From an uncultured Pseudomonadota bacterium (GTDB lineage: Bacteria; SAR324; NAC60-12), in NCBI GenBank assembly GCA_913020725.1, contig CAJWCD010000041.1, forward strand, positions 1 through 24,645: a stretch of 24,645 nucleotides of DNA. Reading direction: 5' to 3'. A program made the position numbers and the translations under genes. Numbering within the stretch: the stretch's first letter is position 1; every line of letters starts with the position of its first letter. Shown piece by piece: positions 8,198-16,512 of the stretch. Below the pieces are notes generated by a model, which made no database searches, was not told the origin of the DNA, and was given only the letters and a program-made list of their open reading frames with translations.

Positions 8198-9427
8198 ATG
8201 GAACTCCTCGCGCCTGCCGGAAACTTTGAAAAACTGCGGGTTGCCCTGCTTTATGGCGCGGACGCGATCTATTGCGCGGGTCCGGAATTTGGCTTGCGCA
8301 GTGGCGCAGAGAACTTTTCCGATCACGAACTGACACAGGCGGTCGCCTACGCCCACGAGCGGGGCCGCAAGCTGTACATCACACTCAACGCCTTCCTCCA
8401 CGACGCCGACCTCGTGCGGCTTCCGGAGTTCGTCCGTTTTCTCAATGAAATCGCGGTCGATGCGGTGATCGTCTCCGACTTGGGCGTGATGTCGGTCATC
8501 CAGCAGCATTCCCGGATTCCCATTCATCTCTCCACGCAGGCTTCTTGTCTGAATTCTTGGAGTGCCCGTTTTTGGAAACAAATGGGTGCTACGAGGCTGA
8601 TTCTCGGACGTGAGGTCTCCATCACAGAAGCTGAGAGCATTGGCCGGAAAGTCGGCATTGAGGTTGAGTTGTTCATCCACGGTGCGATGTGTTCCGCCTA
8701 CTCCGGACACTGTGTGATCTCCAACTACACCGCCGGGCGTGACAGCAATCGCGGAGGCTGTGTCCAAAGCTGCCGGATGCCTTACGAGGTGGTGACGGAT
8801 TCAATTACGAATTATGAATTAGGGATTAAGAATTCTAAGCACCAGCCACCAGCCACGGCCCAAACGCTGATGAGTTCCAAGGACTTGCGGGGCATCCGCC
8901 TGCTGCCGAAATTCGTGGGAGCTGGAATCGCCAGCGCAAAAATCGAAGGTCGCATGAAGGGGCCGCTCTACGCCGCAACCACCGTCCGCACCTACGCGGA
9001 AGCCTTGCGCTGGTTACGGACGCAGCCTCCGGAGACGTGGCCGGAACGGCTGGAAGCGCTCTCCGTGGATTTGGAGCAACTGCCACATCGCGGTTACACC
9101 GAAGCCTCGCTGGAGCAACCTGCCGAAGCTGACAGCCTGCAACTGGAGTCCGGACCGCAGGGGGAAGCGGAACTGGCGGGAGTTGTCTTGGAAGTGCGCC
9201 CTGAAAAATCGCTGACGGTGCTTTCCCGAAATGTCTTCGAGGCTGGAACTCCACTGGAACTCCTGCCGATTGCAGGAACTCCGGTTTTGCTTTCGACGTC
9301 ACAAATGCGAGACTCTTCCAGTCAACCCCTGCAACGCGCCACCCCGCATCGGCTGGTCACGTTCCCATGGGTTCCGGGAGCCTTGCCCTGGACGGTGGTG
9401 CGCATGCCCCGACGCAAACAAGTCTAG
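8198..9427 (+). CDS. Peptidase U32-family protein (TrhP/YegQ-like Fe-S hydroxylation protein)
   Basis: MELLAPAG, GADAIY, IHLSTQA, HGAMCSAYSGHC...NRGGCVQSCR Cys cluster, MSSKDL and KIEGRMK. Confidence 0.92.
   Translation: MELLAPAGNFEKLRVALLYGADAIYCAGPEFGLRSGAENFSDHELTQAVAYAHERGRKLYITLNAFLHDADLVRLPEFVRFLNEIAVDAVIVSDLGVMSVIQQHSRIPIHLSTQASCLNSWSARFWKQMGATRLILGREVSITEAESIGRKVGIEVELFIHGAMCSAYSGHCVISNYTAGRDSNRGGCVQSCRMPYEVVTDSITNYELGIKNSKHQPPATAQTLMSSKDLRGIRLLPKFVGAGIASAKIEGRMKGPLYAATTVRTYAEALRWLRTQPPETWPERLEALSVDLEQLPHRGYTEASLEQPAEADSLQLESGPQGEAELAGVVLEVRPEKSLTVLSRNVFEAGTPLELLPIAGTPVLLSTSQMRDSSSQPLQRATPHRLVTFPWVPGALPWTVVRMPRRKQV
8803..8857. repeat. Degenerate heptamer tandem repeats inside the U32 gene
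   Basis: AATTACG AATTATG AATTAGG GATTAAG AATTCTA (8803-8837), then AGCACC AGCCACC AGCCACG. The first block is strongly AT-rich relative to the gene. Confidence 0.65.
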
Positions 9428-9459
9428 CCGCAAGCCGTCTGAGCGCCCGCATTTTTCTC

Positions 9460-9488
9460 TGGCATCTGAGTCAGCACTGCGCTATTGT
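9460..9488 (+). promoter_or_regulatory. Putative sigma70 promoter of the small-ORF unit
   Basis: TGGCAT (9460-9465), 17-nt spacer, TATTGT (9483-9488). Confidence 0.45.
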
Positions 9489-9537
9489 CACCTCAGTTCT
9501 TGGAGAAATCCTTAACCCCAACAGAAAGGAGGTGGTC

Positions 9538-9609
9538 ATGCCCGATCATACTCGAATCGCAGTTTCGCATCCGTTCTCTTCAGGTGTACGCCTCTCCGAG
9601 ACGGACTGA
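9538..9609 (+). CDS. Candidate 23-aa small protein or leader peptide MPDHTRIAVSHPFSSGVRLSETD
   Basis: Preceded by an exceptionally long Shine-Dalgarno AGAAAGGAGGTG (9523-9534) and followed by two hairpins including an intrinsic terminator. Confidence 0.45.
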   Translation: MPDHTRIAVSHPFSSGVRLSETD

Positions 9610-9631
9610 GCGCGGAACCGCGCTTCTTCAC

Positions 9632-9660
9632 GCGCCTCCTCCGGGAGGCGCTTTTCATTT
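9632..9660 (+). terminator. Rho-independent terminator
   Basis: GCGCCTCC-TCCG-GGAGGCGC (8-bp stem, UNCG loop) followed by TTTTCATTT. Confidence 0.8.
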
Positions 9661-9680
9661 CAGCCGCTTTCGCTCCTGCT

Positions 9681-10607
9681 TTGGTGAAGCATCCCGCACT
9701 CCCCACAATTGATCTCGCAGTCGCTGAAAGTGAGATCGTCGCTGCATTGGATTCCGCTTTTCGCGAGGTGGGTTTCTGCATTTGCAACCACGCGGGGCTG
9801 GATCCCGAAATCCGCGCTGCCGCCTTTGCGGCCTCCCGTGCGTTTCATGACCTTCCGGAAGCGGTGAAAACCAGCTACGCGATCAACTCGGCCCATCGCG
9901 GCTACATCGCCTCCAACTCCAGCACCACCCGCACTTCCTCAGTCGCGGAGGTCCGGAAACCCAACACCTCGGAATCGTTCATGTTGATGCACGAGGTGCC
10001 GGAAAACGATCCACGCTTTGGGAAACCGCTCCAGGGTCTGAACCAGTGGCCGCAGGAAGTTTCTGGGTTTCGGGACACGCTGGAAGCGTATTGGCAGGAC
10101 GTGGACTGCGCGGCCCGCAAGTTGACGAAATTGTGCCTGAAGGCACTCGAAATCGAGACAAGAGTATACGAAACGTGGTTTCGGCAGCCCACGGAGTTTC
10201 TGCGGCTACTGCACTACTGGCCGGAAGCCCCGGACGAACCGGAGGACTCCTTTGGGTCCGCACCCCACACGGACCACGGGTTTCTCACGCTGCTCGTGCA
10301 GGATCGTGTGGGCGGACTGGAAGTGAAGGCACAAGACGGTACTTGGGTGGAGGTCACGGCCTCTCCGGATCAGGTGGTGGTGAACGCGGCGGACTGGCTC
10401 GCGCACCTTTCCGGAGGACGCTGGCGGTCCTCCCCGCACCGCGTCAAAAATCGCTCCGGACAGCACCGCTACGCCCTCGCCTACTTCTTCGACCCCGACA
10501 TGGACGCCGAAGCCGTGCCTGTCACGGGGATGGGCGAATCACTGATTTACGGCGACTACCTGCTTTCCCGCTTCAACGCCAACTACCGTTACCGAGCGGA
10601 CGTCTAG
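9681..10607 (+). CDS. 2-oxoglutarate/Fe(II)-dependent oxygenase, isopenicillin N synthase family
   Basis: LPTIDLA, HRGY, NQWP, LRLLHYW, HTD (HxD), LLVQDRVGGLEV and distal His in SSPHRV. Start codon uncertain (TTG 9681 or GTG 9684). Confidence 0.9.
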   Translation: MVKHPALPTIDLAVAESEIVAALDSAFREVGFCICNHAGLDPEIRAAAFAASRAFHDLPEAVKTSYAINSAHRGYIASNSSTTRTSSVAEVRKPNTSESFMLMHEVPENDPRFGKPLQGLNQWPQEVSGFRDTLEAYWQDVDCAARKLTKLCLKALEIETRVYETWFRQPTEFLRLLHYWPEAPDEPEDSFGSAPHTDHGFLTLLVQDRVGGLEVKAQDGTWVEVTASPDQVVVNAADWLAHLSGGRWRSSPHRVKNRSGQHRYALAYFFDPDMDAEAVPVTGMGESLIYGDYLLSRFNANYRYRADV

Positions 10608-10749
10608 CTCTGCGTCAAGCAAGCGTCACGGAGCAGTGTGCAGTGGATGCGCCTTGCACAGGAGGAATTTTGAGCCTTGCGGCACCCAAGAAACTCCCCT
10701 GTTTTGCTTATACAGAACTCACATTAAACAGGAAAAAAGGAGGAGAACA

Positions 10750-11670
10750 ATGAAAATCGCAGTGGTGGGCACTGGAGCGATGGGTTCGGTTTATGCGGCA
10801 TTGTTAGCCGATGCCGGAAACACACTCTGGGCAATTGACGTGTGGCAGGAGCATCTGCAAGCAATCCAGCAGCATGGGCTGCGAGTTGAGGGCTACAGCG
10901 GGGATCGTACCGTGCAGGGCATCAAGGTTTCCGCCAACATTGCCGATGCGGGTTTGTGTGACTTGGTGATCATTGCCACCAAAGCTGATGGAGTGGAGGC
11001 TGCCGCCCAAGCGATTGCGCCGATTTTGGCTCCGGACACTCCGGTTTTGACCATGCAAAACGGCTTGGGGGCTGGCGAACGACTGGCCCGGAGCCTGCCC
11101 ATCGAAAACATCCTGATCGGCGTCGCGGGCGGGTTTGGCGCCTCCATGAAAGCTCCGGGACACGCGCACCACAACGGCATGGCCCTGATCCGCATCGGTG
11201 AAATGACCGGGGGGGCTTCTGAACGGGCCACCCGCATTGCCGAAGTCTGGCGTCAGGCCGGATTCAACACGCAGGAGTACGAAAACATTGACCAGTTGGT
11301 CTGGGAAAAATTCGTCTGCAATGTCTCCTTCAGCGGACCCTGCACTGTGTTTGGACGCACGATTGGAGAGATGATGCAGAACCCGGAGTCGCGGAACCTC
11401 TCGCTCACCTGCGGCATGGAAGCCTACAACGCAGGCGTGGCCAAGGGCGTGCCTTTCTCGTTTGACGATCCGGTTGCCTACATCACCAAATTCGCCGAGG
11501 GCATGCCCGGTGCCCGCCCCTCCATGCTGCTGGATCACCTAGCAAAACGCCCCTCTGAGATCAACTTCATCAACGGCATGGTTCCTGTCGTCGCCAAGGA
11601 AGTTGGCACCTCTGCCCCCTACAACGAAGTGATCACCGCCGTGGTGCGGGCACGGGAAGCGGAATTTTAA
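10750..11670 (+). CDS. panE: Ketopantoate reductase (PanE/ApbA) family oxidoreductase
   Basis: MKIAVVGTGAMG Rossmann motif, QNGLG, WEKFVCN (catalytic Lys), PSMLLD...SEINFING (catalytic Glu). RBS AGGAGGAG precedes ATG 10750. Confidence 0.88.
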   Translation: MKIAVVGTGAMGSVYAALLADAGNTLWAIDVWQEHLQAIQQHGLRVEGYSGDRTVQGIKVSANIADAGLCDLVIIATKADGVEAAAQAIAPILAPDTPVLTMQNGLGAGERLARSLPIENILIGVAGGFGASMKAPGHAHHNGMALIRIGEMTGGASERATRIAEVWRQAGFNTQEYENIDQLVWEKFVCNVSFSGPCTVFGRTIGEMMQNPESRNLSLTCGMEAYNAGVAKGVPFSFDDPVAYITKFAEGMPGARPSMLLDHLAKRPSEINFINGMVPVVAKEVGTSAPYNEVITAVVRAREAEF

Positions 11671-11682
11671 ACCATCTCGACA

Positions 11683-12849
11683 CTACCGCTTCAGCTTGAT
11701 TTCAACCAACCGGGAGAAGTAGGTTGCTCCCAGTGGTAGGATTTGGTCGTTGAAATCGTAGCCCGGATTGTGAACTTCGCAAGAACCCTCCCCACCACCA
11801 TTTCCGATGTTGATGTAGGCTCCCGGACACTCGTTGAGCATGTAGGCGAAGTCCTCGGATGCCATGATCGCTGGTCCCTCTCGGTTCACGTTGTCTTCGC
11901 TGACAATGGAGGCTGCGACATCCCCTGCGAATTTGGTGGCAGTGGCCTCGTTAATCAAGGGCAGGAAAATCAACCTGAACTGATAATCAACGCTCACACC
12001 CAAACCAGAAGCCACTCCGGTGGCAATCTCGCCAATCCGCTGCTCCAGCAGTTGCAGGGTTTCCTTTGCAAACGCCCGGACGGTTCCGCCGATGGTCGCG
12101 TCGTTGGGAATCACATTGTAGGCTTCCCCACTGTGGAGCCGAGTCACACTAAGAACCGCCGTGTCCTGCGGATTGACGTTGCGGGCGACGACGCTTTGCA
12201 GGGCAGTAACAATTTGCGAAGCAGCCACGATGGGATCGGCACTCGCTTCGGGTCTGGCTCCATGTGCCCCCCGCCCGGTCAGGTTGATGTCGAAGAAGCC
12301 GCCTCCTGCCATCATCGGGCCGGAGCGCATGGCGAATTTGCCCATCGGCAGTCCGGGACGGTTGTGAATCCCAAAAACCGTTTCCATGGGAAAGCGCTCA
12401 AACAAGCCGTCCTCCACCATCGCCTTGGCACCCCCAAGCCCTTCCTCCGCAGGCTGGAAGATGAAGTGGACCGTGCCGTCGAAGTTTCGGGTTTGTGCGA
12501 GATACTGTGCGGCTCCAAGCACCATGGTCGTGTGGCCGTCATGCCCACAGGCGTGCATCTTGCCGTCGTTTCGGGAGCGATGATCAAAGGTGTTCGCTTC
12601 TTGAATCGGCAGGGCGTCCATGTCCGCTCGAATCCCCATCGTGCGGGTTCCGGAACCGGAACGCAGCGTGCCCACAACGCCGGTCCCCCCGATGCCCCGG
12701 TGAACCTCGCAGCCGAACGACTCCAGCCGCTCCGCAACGAGTTTCGCGGTGCGCTCCTCCTTGAAGCCCAGTTCCGGATGAGCGTGAATGTCCTGCCGCC
12801 ACTCGGTCAACTCCCCGTGGTTTTCGGCGATTGCGTCGATTAACTTCAT
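11683..12849 (-). CDS. M20 (aminoacylase-1/hippurate hydrolase-like) amidohydrolase
   Basis: HAHPELGFKE, RADMDALP, MHACGHDGH, FQPAEEG, SEDF and HNPGYDFND motifs. Confidence 0.95.
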   Translation of the reverse strand: MKLIDAIAENHGELTEWRQDIHAHPELGFKEERTAKLVAERLESFGCEVHRGIGGTGVVGTLRSGSGTRTMGIRADMDALPIQEANTFDHRSRNDGKMHACGHDGHTTMVLGAAQYLAQTRNFDGTVHFIFQPAEEGLGGAKAMVEDGLFERFPMETVFGIHNRPGLPMGKFAMRSGPMMAGGGFFDINLTGRGAHGARPEASADPIVAASQIVTALQSVVARNVNPQDTAVLSVTRLHSGEAYNVIPNDATIGGTVRAFAKETLQLLEQRIGEIATGVASGLGVSVDYQFRLIFLPLINEATATKFAGDVAASIVSEDNVNREGPAIMASEDFAYMLNECPGAYINIGNGGGEGSCEVHNPGYDFNDQILPLGATYFSRLVEIKLKR

Positions 12850-12870
12850 GGTTTCTTCCTCTGTTTCTGA

Positions 12871-14478
12871 TTACACCGCCAGCGACATGCCATCGGCGGC
12901 AGGATCGGCTCCCCCGGTTAAGTTGCCCTCGTCGATCCGAATTCCGTGAATCCATGCAAAGGCGTAGGATTGCGCCCAGCGGCGGACGCTGTAGCCCTGC
13001 GCTTCGAGTTCATCGGTTACGAAACGGGGTATGCGATTGACGACATCAATCAGTGGACTGTTTCCAGAAAACCTTGGAGCGGTCACGGCCTCCTGCATCG
13101 ACATCTTGAAATCAATGACATTCAGCAGGGCTTGCAGCACCCCCATCGCAATGTGCGTGCCTCCGGGGGCGCCGATCACCATATGCAACTCTCCGTCTTT
13201 GAACAGCATAGACGGGCAGAGCGAGGTAAAGCGACTCTTACCGGGCGCAAGACTTCCGGCACGTCCGGGCCGGGGGTCAAACACCCCCATGCAGCCGTTG
13301 TACATGAAACCCAAACCCTCGGTGATCACACCGGAAGGCATCCCCAGCGAGTGGGTCATCGAGAAGGCGTTGCCGTTGCTATCGACCACGCTAACATGGG
13401 TGGTGTCCTTGGATTCCGGAGTACGGTCGATGCGCTTCACAACTGCTTTTTCGCCACGTTTGATCGCTGCTGCCAGTTCTGCTGCGTAGGTTTTTGAAGT
13501 GAGGCGGTCTAGGGGGATCTCGACAAAGGCGGGGTCGCCAACGTGGGTGTCCTTGTCAATGGTCGCCCGCTTCATCGCCTCACTGACCACCCGGATGTAC
13601 TCGACCGAATTGTGTCCCAAAGCAGGCAAGTCGAACTGCTCCAGCACGTTGAGCATTTCGATGAGCATGAGTCCACCGCCGGGAGGTTGATTGGTTGCCA
13701 ACTGGTGACCCCGGTAATCACCCCACAGTGGTTTGTTGGACGTGGTGCGATAATTGGCAAGATCATCGGCAGAAAGCAAACCACCGTTGGCCTGCATGTC
13801 CGCGACAATTTGTGCGGCAATGTCCCCGGTGTAAAAATCCTCAGCGCCAACCTTTGCCAAACGCCGCAGGGTTTCTGCCATCTCCGGATTGTCGAGATGA
13901 TCTCCGACCCGCTTCAAACTACCATCGGAGTGGAAATAAATCCGCTGTCCTGACTGAGTGCATCGGAGCCGTTCGGCGGGAAGCACTCGTCCGGAGCCAT
14001 CGTTTGTCGTCCACCAGTTGTACATGTGTGGGCGGATGGTCACTCCCCGCTCGGCTTGTCGAATTGCCGGAGCCATCACGTCCGCCCACGACAGCCGTCC
14101 CCAGTTGGCATGGGCTTCGGAATAGGCCTTCAAACTGCCCGGAACTGTGATGGACTGGTAGCCCACATCGTTAACGTGATCCTTGAGGATGAAACCAAAG
14201 CCGTCGCTGGCTTCGCCTTCAATGCGATCCTGCCACATTGCAGGCCGTACTGCCGCAGGGGATTTGCCGTGAAAATCGATGCACTCATGCACGTTTTCTC
14301 CCGGCAAATAGGCTTGCAGGCTACCGAATCCTGCGATGCCGGTCATTTGCGGATCGACCACGCCTTGCACGAGCGCGCAGGCAATGCCCGCATCAATCGC
14401 GTTGCCGCCTTCGCGTAATACAATCGCACCGGCCTCAACCGCTTCCGGCTGTGGTGCGACCACCATTCCTTGTGCCAT
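12871..14478 (-). CDS. ggt: Gamma-glutamyltransferase-family Ntn hydrolase with a non-canonical substrate pocket
   Basis: GGNAIDA, TVPG, NGGLLSADDLANY, PPGGG, autoprocessing site DTTHVSVVD and oxyanion GAPGG. Confidence 0.9.
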   Translation of the reverse strand: MAQGMVVAPQPEAVEAGAIVLREGGNAIDAGIACALVQGVVDPQMTGIAGFGSLQAYLPGENVHECIDFHGKSPAAVRPAMWQDRIEGEASDGFGFILKDHVNDVGYQSITVPGSLKAYSEAHANWGRLSWADVMAPAIRQAERGVTIRPHMYNWWTTNDGSGRVLPAERLRCTQSGQRIYFHSDGSLKRVGDHLDNPEMAETLRRLAKVGAEDFYTGDIAAQIVADMQANGGLLSADDLANYRTTSNKPLWGDYRGHQLATNQPPGGGLMLIEMLNVLEQFDLPALGHNSVEYIRVVSEAMKRATIDKDTHVGDPAFVEIPLDRLTSKTYAAELAAAIKRGEKAVVKRIDRTPESKDTTHVSVVDSNGNAFSMTHSLGMPSGVITEGLGFMYNGCMGVFDPRPGRAGSLAPGKSRFTSLCPSMLFKDGELHMVIGAPGGTHIAMGVLQALLNVIDFKMSMQEAVTAPRFSGNSPLIDVVNRIPRFVTDELEAQGYSVRRWAQSYAFAWIHGIRIDEGNLTGGADPAADGMSLAV

Positions 14479-14497
14479 GCTAACCTCCTCTTGTGAA

Positions 14498-15493
14498 TCA
14501 GTGATGTGGTAGAACTGCGTTACCAGAACTGCTGGTTGTTTCGTTGAACAAGTGGCACCTCACGCGGCCAGTACCCACACTCGTTGGGGGGGGCAATTGC
14601 TCGGCGCAGATCGGCATTCTGGACGCGCAGCGGGGATGGAACGCGCAACCGGACGGAGGTTCCAGCGGATTGGGAAAGGTGATTCCCAAGTGCGTGTCCG
14701 GGATGCCCAAGTGGGGTTCTGGAGTCAGCACGGACTGAAGCAGCGCCTGTGTGTAGGGATGGTTGGGGTTATTGAAGAGGGTTTGTGTATCCGCCTCTTC
14801 AACAATACGCCCCAAGTACATGACGGCGACCTGCGTGGCGATGTGCTCAACCACCGCCAAATTGTGACTGATGATGATGTAGGTCAATCCCAATTCCGAA
14901 CGCAGATCGAGCAGGAGGTTGAGAATCTGCGCCTGCACCGAGACATCCAACGCCGAGGTCGGTTCATCACAAATCACCACATCCGGACGTATGATCAGCG
15001 CACGGGCGATGGCCACGCGCTGCCGTTGCCCTCCAGAAAGCTGGCTGGGGTAGCTCATGGCCAAGCGGCGTGGGAGTCCCACCAGTTCCATCATTTCCTC
15101 AACCTGAACTCGCCACTTGTGCTTGGTTCCAATGCCATGAACCCGGAGTGGCAGCGAGATGATGGCACTGATCGTTTTGCGAGGATTCAGTGACGAGAAG
15201 GGATCCTGAAAGATTGGCTGCACCTGCTTGGCCAGTTCCTTTTGGTCAAACCCGGAGACGGGCTTGCCCTTCAGCAAAACATCGCCACTGCTTGGCGTTT
15301 CGAGCCCCAGAAGTATGCGGGCCAGTGTGCTTTTCCCGCAACCTGATTCGCCGACCAAACCCAGCACACTGCCTGCTGCAACTGAGAGAGAGAGCCCGTT
15401 CACCGCATGCAGGGCTTGCTTACCCTTGAAAAATCCGCGGCTGACGCTGAAAGTCTTGACGACATTACTAGTCTGAAGAATCGGAGGATTCAT
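14498..15493 (-). CDS. Oligopeptide/dipeptide ABC transporter ATP-binding subunit (DppF/OppF-like)
   Basis: GESGCGKS, LSGGQRQR, DEPTSALD, HPYTQALL and oligo_HPY C-terminus. Confidence 0.95.
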   Translation of the reverse strand: MNPPILQTSNVVKTFSVSRGFFKGKQALHAVNGLSLSVAAGSVLGLVGESGCGKSTLARILLGLETPSSGDVLLKGKPVSGFDQKELAKQVQPIFQDPFSSLNPRKTISAIISLPLRVHGIGTKHKWRVQVEEMMELVGLPRRLAMSYPSQLSGGQRQRVAIARALIIRPDVVICDEPTSALDVSVQAQILNLLLDLRSELGLTYIIISHNLAVVEHIATQVAVMYLGRIVEEADTQTLFNNPNHPYTQALLQSVLTPEPHLGIPDTHLGITFPNPLEPPSGCAFHPRCASRMPICAEQLPPPTSVGTGRVRCHLFNETTSSSGNAVLPHH

Positions 15494-16512
15494 GCCCTTT
15501 CTGAAGTGTTAGAGGCATGCTGAGATTTCCGGGCACTAAGATCTTCTGGAAGTAGGCAGCGGTAGTTGCGTCCAGCATGCAGTTCCTGAACTGCGATCAT
15601 GGGAGACGAGGCGCAATCCTGATGTGCGTATCGGCAACGATCCCGGAACAAGCACCCCTGCAAATTTCCTAGCAGGTTCGGCACAATTCCCGGTATTGAA
15701 CCCAAGTGCGTGCCCGGTGGCGTTTTTCCTGGAATTGGAATGCACTCCAGCAAGCCTTGGGTGTAGGGGTGTAGGGCGTTGGAGAACACCTCCGCCACAG
15801 TCCCTGTTTCCACAATCTGACCCGCATACATCACCGCGACCCGATCTGCAACCCGTGCAACCACTCCGAGGTCATGGGTGATGAGGATGAGGGCCATCTG
15901 GAATTCCTTCTGCAACTCTGCCAGCAATAAAAGAATCTGAGCCTGGATGGTGACATCCAAAGCAGTGGTGGGTTCATCGGCAATGATCAGTTCAGGTTCG
16001 CACATCAAGCCCATCGCCAGCATCACACGCTGCCGTAGCCCTCCGGACAGTTGATGGGGATACTGGCCAAGGCGGCTTGCGGCGGCGCTGATTCCAACCT
16101 TCTCCAGCAGAAACACAGCGCGCTCCTGTGCTTCTCGCCTTGAGGACTGGCGATGCCGCAGATACACCTCCATCAGTTGATTGCCGATGGTGAATCCCGG
16201 ATTGAGCGAGGTCATCGGGTCTTGAAAAATCATCGCCATGCGATTGCCCCGCAGGTCAGACAGTGCCCGTTCCGAAAGCCCGAGCAGCGGCTGTCCTGCA
16301 AAACGCAGTTCCAGAGCGGTACAACTTGCCGCCTTGGGCAGCAAGCCCATCAGTGCCAGTGATGTGAGCGATTTTCCGCATCCGGATTCCCCAACAATGG
16401 CAAGCGTCTCTCCCGGTTGAACGTGGAAACTCACCTCCCGGACTGGTTTCAGCATCCCTGCGGCGAGCGGGATTTCGACCGAAAGGTCACGAACTTGGAG
16501 GATTGGCTTCAA
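15490..16512 (-). CDS. Oligopeptide/dipeptide ABC transporter ATP-binding subunit (DppD/OppD-like)
   Basis: GESGCGKS, LSGGLRQR, DEPTTALD and HPYT. Likely TTG start at 16512 overlapping the permease stop (TTGA). Confidence 0.93.
   Translation of the reverse strand: MKPILQVRDLSVEIPLAAGMLKPVREVSFHVQPGETLAIVGESGCGKSLTSLALMGLLPKAASCTALELRFAGQPLLGLSERALSDLRGNRMAMIFQDPMTSLNPGFTIGNQLMEVYLRHRQSSRREAQERAVFLLEKVGISAAASRLGQYPHQLSGGLRQRVMLAMGLMCEPELIIADEPTTALDVTIQAQILLLLAELQKEFQMALILITHDLGVVARVADRVAVMYAGQIVETGTVAEVFSNALHPYTQGLLECIPIPGKTPPGTHLGSIPGIVPNLLGNLQGCLFRDRCRYAHQDCASSPMIAVQELHAGRNYRCLLPEDLSARKSQHASNTSERA

Noticed and set aside
9523..9537. Possible 16S rRNA 3'-end fragment on the minus strand
   Set aside because: Only about 12 nt match and the flanks are not rRNA-like; better explained as a Shine-Dalgarno sequence.
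11743..12843. 366-aa plus-strand ORF opposite the M20 gene
   Set aside because: Antisense shadow of a well-conserved gene, expected from codon bias, with no recognisable motifs.
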